A DNA stretch of 64,000 nucleotides from Lama guanicoe. Lineage: Eukaryota. The translations under genes were made by a program, and so were the position numbers. Under the pieces are notes generated by a model, which worked only from the letters and a program-made list of their open reading frames with translations, ran no database searches and was not told where the DNA came from. Numbering within the stretch: the stretch's first letter is position 1; each line of letters starts with the position of its first letter. The DNA is taken from the NCBI GenBank assembly GCA_013239625.1, contig MU053933.1:1552001-1616000 (forward strand), given 5' to 3'. Below are positions 24,601 through 36,600 of the stretch, one piece after another.

Positions 24601-27600
24601 CCCTTTCTGCTTCTAGATTTTTGGGAAGCAAATCCGTGGCATCTCATGTCATCTCCCGAGGCCTCAGGATGTACCCCGAAAAGATACAGGCTATTTTCAA
24701 CATAACCACAGGACTGTTGTCACATCTTTTGAATTTTTTTCCAATCTATTGAGATTTTCCCATCATCTCATAAATTATTCATGAAATCAGAATCAGGTGA
24801 GACCTACCCATTACATTTGGTTGGTATGACTGCTAAGACTCTTAAATTCTGACAGTTCTCACCCAGCTTCTTTTTATTTGCAAGGTGTCTGTCCTGTAGT
24901 TTCCCACGTTGGGGGTTTTGCTGACGGCGTCCACGGCCTCATTTGACATGTTCTTCTGTCCCGTGTGCTCCCTGCAGACTGATGTTAGAAGTTGAATTTG
25001 CAGCAGTGTCACTTAGCTTGTCTGTTTCTGTAGGAATAATCAGCAGGTGGTGTCGTGTTCCTCCTGTCCCATCACTTGTAGCATGTAATGCGTAGTTGTT
25101 TCCTGTGCGAGTTAACATGGATCAGTGGGTTTGGTGTTGTGAGCCTGATGTATCCATTTCAAAGTTCCTCCATGTTTTTTCATCTGATGTTTTAGCAGAC
25201 ATTGACCATCCTTGCCCAGATCCATGAATTCATTAGTCTTAACAGGGCTGAATATGAACCCAGGTCACCATGACCAAGTTACCACCCTTGCAACGGCAGT
25301 TGGCTCGGCTCTGGTGGAACCGATGACTCACAGCATAGTTGTGTGTCTGCGGGAAGATCCCAATGTGGCTTCTTTGTAACAACTGGGGAGGGAATCCAGT
25401 GGGAGTATTGTTTGCCCAACCCCTAAAGGAAATGCACTTTAATAAACTGATTACACTGTAGTTTATGGTGTGTTGGTTTTAAGTGAGAGACTATCACAAA
25501 GAATCAAAACGCACCATAATGACACCGTTGGCAGAAGGGTCTTTAGTAACTTGGAAGTCAGTATAAAGCTCTAAAGCTTATGGCAAATGCACTAAGTAAA
25601 CTTCATTCTGTCAAAAGGGGTCCATTTGTCACTTTTTAATTTAATTATCTTTTGGACTATTGAAATCACATTGTTTCCAAATACTGGCTTGTTTACACTC
25701 ACCTCAGTTATCCTTGGCTGACCAGAAGACTCTTCCTAGTACCTTCTAGGTGAAACCTTCATGAAGACCATTTGTATCTTCCGTCAGGCCTTGAGGATTC
25801 TGTTTGTTCTCCATAGGCTTGGAAACTCCAAGAGTGTGCACTTACCTGATTTTGGGATTCCTTATGTTACTCCGCAATTGTTGCAGGACACCTGGGGTCG
25901 ACCCAGGAGGCAGGAGTCTGTGTGCAGCTTGTGGTTAGGTGGTAAAGGGCTCGAATAGTGAGTGGGAGTAAGACTGACCAAAGTGATGCCACTTAAAACA
26001 AGACTGTGCTTTGCCCAGTAGATGAAAACCGTGACCGGCAGAGAGAGAGGTCAGGGTACAGCCAAGTTTGACCTCACAGCAGGATCCTTAAAAGGGTCAT
26101 CTTTGCAAAAAAAAAAAAAAGATCCCAAAGCTTTCCACTTCCCCTGGGGCCAGTTGTGTGGGACCTGAGCAAGTCCTTCGTCTTTCGTGGATTTGCAGTT
26201 TTACTTTGCAAGACCAATAGAGATGTTGGTGTGCAGGGTGAGGCACTAGTTTTGAGTAGGGAGGGGAACTTGTTTTATAAGTGACCGCTCTGTCGGTTAA
26301 CGTTTTTGTCGTGGTGGCATTTGCTTCCATGCATTACGCTGATGAGGACATTGCCACCACCACCCCCGCCCCACAGCTGATAAACCGCTTACCTTATACG
26401 TGTTTACTTGGTGACAACAAAACGAATGCTTCGAATTAAAAAAAAAAGACATTTGTGAAGGAAAATGTATGTGGTGTCCCTTTCGCTGCTTGTGTGGCAG
26501 TTCTAAGCTTAGGAAACGTGGAGACTAAAATGCGGTCTTTGTGCTGTTTTGCTTTCTAGGGGGTTTCAGCCAAGAAGAACTTCTGAAAATATGGAAAGGG
26601 CTCTTCTACTGCATGTGGGTGCAGGACGAACCCCTTCTTCAGGTAACACCATCTCCCTTTGTCACTTTACTGGATTGGGGGCACGACTGGATGAACAAGA
26701 CTTGCCCGTGTTATGCTGTATCCCTCCCTGATGCACGTAAACAAATTGAAAGTCGTTGCTTCAAGGATTCACTTTCTTACCCTCATCCAAATGGAAAGGC
26801 GCACAGCGTGCCCAGTGCTGTGCGTGATTGTCTTTTCAAAGAGTGAAAAAGGCTCGTAAATCACATGTATTATTTCTCTGTCACAGTTTCATAGTTTCCA
26901 TGGTACGTTTTACGTGACTTATTTTAATGTTTCTGTTTCATCTTTTATTATCTGTGGTCAAAAATAGCATATCTCTAGTCTAAGATCCTGTGCACTCCCC
27001 GGGCTCCAGGCCCCCTCTTCTGCGGGTGCCCGGGAAGCTGGGCAGCCACCTTGCTGGGGTCTACACTCTGCAGGGTGAGCAGTGGCCCCAGATCTGATGG
27101 CCTCACCCTTCAGGTCGGTGGAAGCTTGGCACAGGCGTACGTGAGCCCCACCACCAACACTAGTTAGGATAATGTTTTAGACTCTTTACAGAGCTTTGTT
27201 CTGGTGTGTAGAAGCCAGCCTGCCTTTGCAGGAGTACGGGGTAAGCCTGTTTTACTTATCTGGGTTCTGATGTGCAACTTTACCCCTTCCCCCTAAGCCA
27301 TGTAATAGCTTGCTTTGATTAACTCCACTGAACATGTTTTGAGTAGGATAGCAGAGCAAAATATTTTTAAATTACATTCAAAGTAACAACCAACAGCTTT
27401 AGTGGAGGAAGAAAACAGATGCACAGGAACACTTTCAAGTCTGGGAGTTCATGTAAGACGGGTGAGAAAGACTGAGTCTAGGCAAAGGCCAGGTCCTTAC
27501 GTGAGTCACCAGCAGAGTTCTTCTGCTGACCCTCCCCAAGGCAGGTTTCTTCACAGACCCGCAGCTCGGAGTTCTCCCTGCAGGCGAGCCGGTGCATCTC

Positions 27601-30600
27601 AGCAGGCCGGGCTCTTTGCGTGCGAGTAGGGCGCCCTTAACCTTTGCGTCCTGCCGCCCTGCCTTTGCAGTGTGTCTCTGAGCCAGCCGAGGACAGGACG
27701 TCCTGGTCCACACCCAGAGCCTTAACGCTGTGGCAGTCCCCACTGTCTGCCCGCTGGCGACTCCCCCTCGCTGGCATCTGTGTTCCCATTATTTGGGGGA
27801 TTCGGATGGAATCTCAATTTGTTAGAATATATTCTGAAAGCCAGGAAGTGTTGACAGCTAATGTATTTCTTCTGTAGGTCGTTTGAACTCATAACTAGAG
27901 ATACTTATGTAAACATGTCGCTTGAGCAAGTCTCAAACGCATTTTAACTTGACACGATAGTCCAGTGAAATTGAGAATTTCACACTTGATAAAATCCAGA
28001 TACTCAAGTACACACTTCTTAGAGGAAGTGACATTGAAAACTGATGGTGCAGGACCCCCACGCCCACCCCCCGGCCCGTGGGGAGAGGCGCAGGCCGTGA
28101 TGCTGTTTCCCCCTGCTGGTACCACGTAATAACCCCCGTGTTTCTCCCCAACCCCGCCTTTGCAGGAGGAGCTAGCGAACACTATTTCCCAGCTCATCCA
28201 TGTTGTTAACAACTCAGAGGCCCGTAAGTCCTGGTGTTCTCCTGGCTTTCACAACCTCCCTGCTCGTCAGATTTGGTAACTTGCCTGAGAGCTTTAGTCA
28301 GTATTGCTGCTTCTCCTTCCTTCAGAGCTTCCGTTCCCAGTGGGCTAGCGTCACGTGAGCCTGGGCTGCTGGTGTGTGATGTCGGGCGGCAGACCCGTCC
28401 TTTGGGGAAAACTGTTACATGTAGGTGCTGCCTCTGTAAGAGGTGAATGGGGGGGGTGTCTGGTGGAATGTCACACGTGACATCTTCAAAGAAACATTTT
28501 GAGAATTAGCAGTTCTCCAGAGTTCCCAGATTCTGAGTTAACATGACCTTCTTGGAGGCTGTGTGCGAATACGCCAGTGTTTGCAGCAACCTCTGGGTGC
28601 CAAGCTACCCTTCTGAGGACCAGAGCTGTCTGAGGGCATCACTGGTAGTAAACTGTAAAGCAACCCCCGTTTACCGGAAAGAATAAGCAGAGGGAGAGGT
28701 TGGTTGTTTCCAACTCCTTCAGGCTTCGATTATTCACAGACGAAGAAAAAGCGTTTATTTTGCTTAGCGCTTCTCAGAACAAAACCATCCCAGTGGCCTT
28801 ATTAACCCTCAGTGGTTCTCCAGATTTTAGCAGGGTCCCCGCTGACTAGTAAGGGACAAAATTCTACACGTGGAATATACGATAGCTTTTCTATATCAAG
28901 GAAGAGTTATGCAAAAAGAAATTGAGCAGAAAAACAAACTGTTTTTGGATGAAAAAGTGCTAACTTCATGGCTCAGAAGAGAAAAACAGACTGTTTTGTT
29001 AGCGCTCCCCCAGCTGACACTGAGCGTGGATCGCCCAGGTGTTCATCGGGGTTAGTGGCCTTGGGTTGACTGTTAGGAGAGACGGGTGGACGGGGCGAGC
29101 AGCTGTGGCTCAGGGAATCTTGATTTTAATAGAAACATGACTTTGCAACAGATAAAGCAGAAGGCTCCGGGGAGCGTTCTAGGCGAGCAATAGAACATGA
29201 CCAGCCTCCCTGTCGTGATAATGTGCTTTTATTTAAGTGGAACAGAAATTACTGAGCATACTTAATTATTGACCAAGAACTCTCGAGAACAGTAAATAAA
29301 TAATCCTGGTTTGTTCCTCTTCCTGCCTTTCTTGCTATGTGGTGACGTGTTAACCTGAACCCCAGCATTCAGAGCCCTTTGTTCACTGCAGAGCACCTGT
29401 TCATTCAGACCTTTTGGCAAACCATGAACCGAGAGTGGAAGGGCATTGACCAGCTGCGCCTGGACAAGTTCTACATGGTGAGCCCCGGGGGCCTGCCCCC
29501 AGCGCGCCTCAGAGCTCGGGGCGGGAAAGAGTGTTGAGCGTCTTAAAAACAATGGAAAGTCTTATTTTTGAAGCAAAGCAAGTTCCAGGCTTGCTGTGAC
29601 ACCCATTATGTGATCATCAGATCGCATTTGAGTATGTGCTCAAAGGTATACGAGTTTCGGCCTCCTTGGTTAACATTTTTTGATCTAGAAGTTAAATGTG
29701 ATTATTGTGGAAATTTTTTCATGTTTGGGATTCAGGCTCTGTGAGCTTCCCTGGTCTCCCCACTCTGCTGAGCTGAGCCGTGTTTCTCACTTTCCCCTGA
29801 GTAACAAATGCTGTCTGTCTCTAGCTGATCCGTCTGGTTCTGAGGCAGTCCTTTGAAGTTCTGAAGCGAAACGCCTGGGAAGAAAGGTTGGTGAACTATT
29901 TGGGTTAGGTGTCGGCGGCCCTAAAACCTTTAAGGTGATAGTGTGTTTTCCAAGTCTTTCAGTTAATCAGCAAGTTTGAATTGCCTGATCTGTGCTTTCC
30001 ACTCTGGGTATTGAGGGCAGAGCATCCTTCCACGTAAAGAACTTAGAATCCAGCAGTCGGCATTTTATACTGGTTTCAGGGATTGCCTTTCTCCTTGTCG
30101 AACTGTTCCAGCCTCGCCATTCCTGTTAAGGAGTCTGAATGTTGCTGTTTTCTGTGGGGGGTGCTGTAGTGACTGGCACCATGTGTGTTGTTTCCTTTAG
30201 CCGAATCAAGCTTTTTCTGGATGTCTTGATGAAGGAGATCCTGCGTCCCGAGAGTCAGTCTCCTAACGGAGTGAAGTTCCACTTCATTGACATTTACCTG
30301 GATGAACTATCCAAAGTGGGAGGGAAGGAGGTAAGAAGTGGTCAGACGCCCTGCGTAGAGAATTCGATAATGTGAGAAAACGCCTGTGATACTGAGTTTG
30401 TAAAAAGCAGAAGGAAAAAAGGCAGTAGGCAAAGCTGGGAAAGGTGTGACTTTTTTTAAAGCACGTGTTCCTGTGTGAACAGACGAAGGCTGGAAAGGAA
30501 ACACGCATTTTTTAGCCTGCAGGCGGTTATCTGAGTTTGGGATTGGGAGCAATGTTTACTTTTTTCTTTCATAAGTTTTTTTTTTGACTGAAGGATAGTA

Positions 30601-33600
30601 GTTACAATGAGTCTTACAGGTGCTCTGCAATGAGCGTGTATGATTTTAATTTAAGTGCAATGTCATTCTTTCAATTCCTTCCTCTTAGTTTCTGTAGCAT
30701 CCACATAGATCTGCCCCGCAGAGGAGGGCCATGTGTTGGGACGTGGAGCAGAGCGGTGTGGGCTGGGCTGCGCAGTGTCGTCCGGCCCCTACGCTGAGTG
30801 GCTGGAGGACCTTTGGCTCCAGGCCTGGCCCCAGGCACCGGGGACCTCGGGCAGTGTGCATCTTGGGTGCAGTGCAGTGGTGTTGGTCTGATCGCCTTTT
30901 GCGAAAACTGCAGGTGGTTCCCTTTTCAAGGGCACGTCAGAAAGGAGAGGCTGCTCTCTTCCCCCCCCATTTTTTCCTGTTTCTAAATTACAGCTCTTGG
31001 CAGATCAAAATCTCAAGCTTATCGATCCATTCTGCAGAATCGCCGCCAAGACTAAGGAGTAAGTGATGCAAGTGTTCGTTTTTACTGCTTCGTTTGGCAC
31101 TTGCTTGGGTGAGACTACAGGCAGGACATGATGCACGGTACCTAGTATTACCCAAAGCCAAGAACAGCTCCTTTTTTTAATGGAGGTACTGGAAGTTGAA
31201 CCCAGGACCTCATCGTGCTAAGCACGCACTCTACCACTGAGCTGTCCCACAGCCCAAAAAAACAGCTGAATTCCTAATTCCCACCAGCAAGGCATTTGAA
31301 GAGCCAAGAGTTTGACTGCCCTAGCGGGTTGGCCCCAGTCATTCCAGGAGCCACCACCCCACCCCCACGCCCAGAGCTCGGTCTGCCATCCCTCCCTCCG
31401 CTGCGTCACAGGTGCTCAGCTGGCTCCTCGTGGCTGCAGTCGGTTGGTGGGGAGTACGCTGACGGTCACCGCAGCATCGGGTGGGCTGAGACTGGCCGTG
31501 CAGGGCGCCCCCCCAGCTTCTCACCCTCCAGTCCTGTGGGGGCCGGAGCCCAGGCCGTCTGTCTGACCGCGCGCTCGCTGTGCTCCCGCCCCCAGCCGCG
31601 CGCTGGCGCAGACCATAGCCCGGGCTGTTCTCCGCGTCATCGCAGAGCAGTCTCCTCCTGTGCCTGGAGAGGCAGTGGAGGGCCAGAAACCTAAAGGCAG
31701 TGACGGTGGCCTCTCTGAGGAAGAGATACCCGAAAACGAGGCGACGTGGAGAAAACCCATCAATAAAAAGAGAACAGGTGAGAGGAGTTCCTCGCGTGGT
31801 CTTTTTTAGGTGAAGTTCTTGTCAAACCGACCCTTTTTAAGGCATGTGTTGGGGTCTCACTGGCCACGCCCTGGAATCCATCAGAGGTGGCTCTGCCTGG
31901 GCCCCACCCGAGAGAGGAAGCAGGGGAGTGGTTGCTCAAGGCCTGGTCCCACCGGAGCCCGCACACGTTTCTGTGTCTCCCAGTGTCGCAGCACTTTCTT
32001 TGAGGGTTTTACTTCCGTTGTCGTTGCTCTGGGTTTTTTGTGGTTTCTCTGTTTCAGCTTTGCTGGTGCAATGTGGACTCGTTTGTCTGTAAGAGGGCCC
32101 GTGCCGGAGAGCTGATTTACAGTTCCGGTGGGGAGCGCGCACGTGCTTCCGGAGCGCTCCTTTCTGATCCCCGAGTTCCTGGGGCTCTTTTTCTTCCCTG
32201 TGGGTGTGTGACTCCCGCTGCGGACAGACGTTGTTCTCAGCACCCTTTCACACCCACGGGGATTGTGTGGGGCTTGCATTAGTTTTCACAAAGTAACAGC
32301 CAGAGGAAATTTAATTTTTAAAAAATTTTTAAAGCAGGACACAAAACTCTGTAGAAGGTGCCTGATTTGTTTTAAACATGTATGTTCAGACATGGTGTGT
32401 ATGTGTCTGGAAGGATGTGTACCAAGATGGTGATGGTGAGCCCCGCGTGGCAAAACTGTGGTGGTTTCTATTATCTTTGTACTTTTGTCTGCTTTTCTAA
32501 GTTTTCAACAATGATCATATATTTTTAGTCAGGAAAAAACAAACCTTTAAAAAAGAAAAGAACAAATGTTCTAATTTTAAATTCAACATGGGGGCAGAAT
32601 TAACTAACCGGCCCTGAGCAGATTCTGCGTTGTCTGTGTCTAAGCTGGAGGCATCCCCACTTTCCACGGGCGCCTTCCGGAGACCCTCTCCTGGTGTCCT
32701 CTGCCAGATGCTCGCAGGGGGCCCTCTGTCTCCTCCACACCCTGCCCCGAGGCCACACTGCTGAGGGGCTGATAGATTCCAGAAACAGTACACCTTGGAG
32801 AAGCTGAGAGATTTCATTAGTGGCTGTGTTTTAATGTTTGAATTATTTTCATGTTAAAATCAGCTTGTTGTGTTTCCCGAGGCGGCCACACGGTGTCAGT
32901 GCACTGCTGCACAGTGCTCACCATGGCCCAGACCCGCTGAAACCACTGGCCGAGCCCCTAACCCGGGAGTTCCCCCGACCACCTCTACTGCACTCCACGG
33001 CGGGGGTTTGGTCTGGGGTAATCAAGAGGCAACATGTGCAATTTCTCTCAGGTTTTTTTTTTTTAATGTCTAGAGGCTGAAAAACCAAAACATCTTTGGG
33101 AAATTCTAAATGTATTTGCAGGGTTTTCTCTGTAAAGGGATGTTCTTTTTTTCCCTGAGACACTTAATTGGACGGTGGCTTGTTTGAGAGTAGCCATTGC
33201 TGTGTATTTGAAGAATTGTGTCTGTGGCTGTTTTGATAGCCCCGGGCAAATATCACCCCAAAAAAGAGGGAGCCAGCGATGAGGGTGCCGCGGCCGGCGG
33301 AGGAAGCGGGGAGGACGGCGGGCCGCCCCTCCAGGTTGGTGGCTCTTGTTACCTTTCATAGATGCGGGTTTGCTGTGGGGCCGCCTGGCTACTTGGGAAC
33401 TGGGGGCAGAGCTAAGTAAGGCCCAGGCCTAATGTGTAAGGTTCTTTTTAAATCCCTTTGGTCACTGATGTCACTTCCTATAATGCGCTTATTGGAGACA
33501 AATTTAAATAGAATGAAGCTTTGAAAGGTATCAGTCCTCACTGGCGTGAGCTGCTAAGATCTGCCCTGTCCCTCCAGCGAAGCCGGCTCGCTGGTGGTTT

Positions 33601-36600
33601 TCAAAAAAAGAAGGTTACTGTGTTACTAGGTGCAAAGTGACAGAAAAGCACACCCAGGTACAGTTTATGTGGTGCGTTTCCGCAGCTCTCTCTTAGGGAA
33701 GAATAAGTAGAGCAAATAGAGACTAGCTTCTCCCAAGAATAAATAGAAGGACTTGTCCAAAGCTATCGCTCAGGCCTTGGGCTGGCAAGCCTCGGCGCGT
33801 GCGGGCTAGACCAGCCTGTTGCTGAGGGCGTCCAGGACCCCGTGCTGCAGGGCGTCTGTCGCCAGGGGGTGTGAAGTCCCAGGTCCGGCAGCGGCGCTGT
33901 ACTGGGGCCGACCTTTGGTTTCTCTCCTCGCACAGTTTGACTACAAGGCCGTTGCTGAGCGACTCCTGGAAATCACCGCCAGGAAGCACATCCCTCCCTT
34001 CAACAGGAAGCGCCTCTGCAGACTCATCAGGAAGTAAGTGCGGGGAGGAGGCTGCACCCGGTCGTGGTCCGCGTTCAGGGCCAGCCTCGTGCTTCCCTCA
34101 GCGTGAGACGAGCTGTCGCCGTGCGGACCTTTCTTCTTGGTCTTTCAATGTTTTCGCTCGCAGTCTCGGGATATACGCACGCAACCTGAAAGAGTCCGTG
34201 CGAACGGCCTCTCGAGGCCCTGCCCCTCGGGTTCCGCTCTGCAGGTGCCGCTCAAGTTGCGGCTCCCCTGTCCGTGAGGCGGGGGAAGGGCGTCTGTGGG
34301 CAACGTCTCAAGTCCACAGACCGAGGCGCTGCGGCGTGGCCGTGCTGTTCGGCGCTGTCTCTTGGCGCGGGGTTGACATAGACAGCCCTTCGGTCCTACC
34401 CCTGTCCCCAGTGTGTCCACCCCGAGTGTGGGCCTTCACGCCATCCCGACCGACGGGCAGTTCACCGCAGAGCCCTGGGCTCGCTGTGCCCGGTGACACG
34501 TAGCAGCTCAGTTTGACCACAGTCTGAGCAGGCACCATCCTGAGCACTTGACGTGAATTATTTCATGTCTGTAATTTCTCCGTTTTACAAATGGGTCACG
34601 TGGGGCACAGGGAATGTAACGGGCCGCCTGGGGTTGCGGCTTCCGGACACGGAGCAGCACTCAGGCCCATGTGCTCCCCCGTCCTGCCCTGCGGGCCCCT
34701 CGCCTCCCCACGCAGACCGCCTGCACACCCCTTGTTCCGACACCCCACAGTGTATGGCGCAGGACACTCTGGGCTTGTCTCCGCTTGGCGAACAGAGACC
34801 TGAATGTAAGTGGAGGCCTGAGCTCTTTCAGTCTAAGGAATAAAAAGAAATTTCGGCTTCTTCGGTTGTATTCGGGTGCGCCGAGACGGCCCTACGTCAC
34901 CATGTCGTCAGGGGTGCTGTGCCACTTGAGGGTGGGTTTGTCCTTCATTCGTGGCCTTCGCATCACACCACCTCTTCAGCCTGCTCTTCGAGAAGAAAAG
35001 GAACGTGAACTAACAAACTCCCAACATCAGCTTGCATTTTAAAAGTTCAGTGCCCGTGTTTGTAGGAGACAAAGACGTGGTTTCTTTAGGACACCTTTGT
35101 TCTCTTTTTCAGATTCCAAGATCTGTCTGAAGGTGAGGAAAATCAGGACTGTAACTGGTGATGTTACGTGAGCATGGACCCCCCTGAGGGCATTTATGCC
35201 AAATATTGATGAACAGGATTGGAAGACGTTCGTTGAAAGCATTAGAAATAGTGAAAGGCCGTCAGTCCCACCACCGGCTGCTCAGCTGAGCGGGAGCCTC
35301 GCAAGAACATGGGGTCCCACCTTCTCCAGGCCACCCGCCCCCGCCCTGCCCCCAGGACCAAGGCTGAGCCAGATGGGGCCTCTCCCCGCCAGTGCCAGGA
35401 CGGGGATAAACCCCGGGGACAGGGAGTTGACAGGAGGATTCCTTCCACCCTGGGAAGGATCCGTTGTGATCCTTCACGAAGAAGGAGGGTTGATCTCTCA
35501 GAGTCCCTTTCACTTGCCGTTGGGATCAGTTGTCCCCTTGGGGAGCTGCTGCCCATAAGCTCTGTTACATGTGACCGAGTAGGTGAGTCCACTGCTCCCC
35601 CACCCTCCCTTGTGCTCCTGGGGTGCTTGAAATGGGGGAGAGCACCCAGACCTCACTGGACGGTGGGAGCAGCGTGGCCGAGCCCCCGGGGTGAGCTGTA
35701 GAGGTGCCACCCGAGGTCTGCATGTCTGTCCCCGCCTTGGACGAGGACGCCACTGGCCTTTAGGTCCATAGTTCCCGTGTCAGCAGCCTTCAGGGTTGGG
35801 TTGGAGAAGCCATGAGGCCCAGCAATGTGGCGGAAGTCAGCGCTAAAACCTGCCTGCATGCAGGGTGCGGGCTTGTGGTCCCAGACACAGCTGTGAAGGG
35901 CCTGAGAGCTGACCACATGCTTTGGTGTCCAGCAGGCAGTATCTCTCAACTCAGTTTTGCTGAGGACACATCTGCTGACGAAGATGACCAGGCCCTCAGT
36001 CAAGGAAGGCGTAAGAAAAAAGGAAAGAAACCTGTGGAGAAAGAGGACGTGGAAGGAGAGGGAGGTGAGCCTCCGTGTCCGTGCAGGGAGCCAGGCAGGG
36101 GGCGGGCATCCCTTTTCATCTTCCTGGATCGTCAAGGAGCAGAAACCTCCACTCTGAGCCGCTGAGACATGATGAGGCTTGCCAGGGGTTGGCTACTTTC
36201 TGTAGACCTACATTCCAGCTTTCCTAACCTAAAAACATTTTTCCACTCCTGGTGGCATCTTTGGGGACAGTGGGTGAGGACGTGCAGGGTGCTGGAATAA
36301 CATTGCCCAGCAGGACATTCATTTTATTACTGCCCTGGATCTGAGCCTGGAAATTACTAGGAGTCTGAAGACTATTTCAGGTCCTTTTATATCAAAATAG
36401 GCTTTAGGAAGGTTTCCAGTCACAGTGGGGGGACCAGATGAGGGAGCCTGTAGGGTTCCAGTGCACGGAGGAGGGTCAGAGCCCCCCGGCAGGAGACAGA
36501 GGCTGTGTCTGCCCTCACACTGCCCCAGAGTCCCCGGCCAGGCCAGGCCAGCTGCCTTGGCGCCGGGGCGCGTGTTGATGGGTTTACATGTTTTCCTAGG

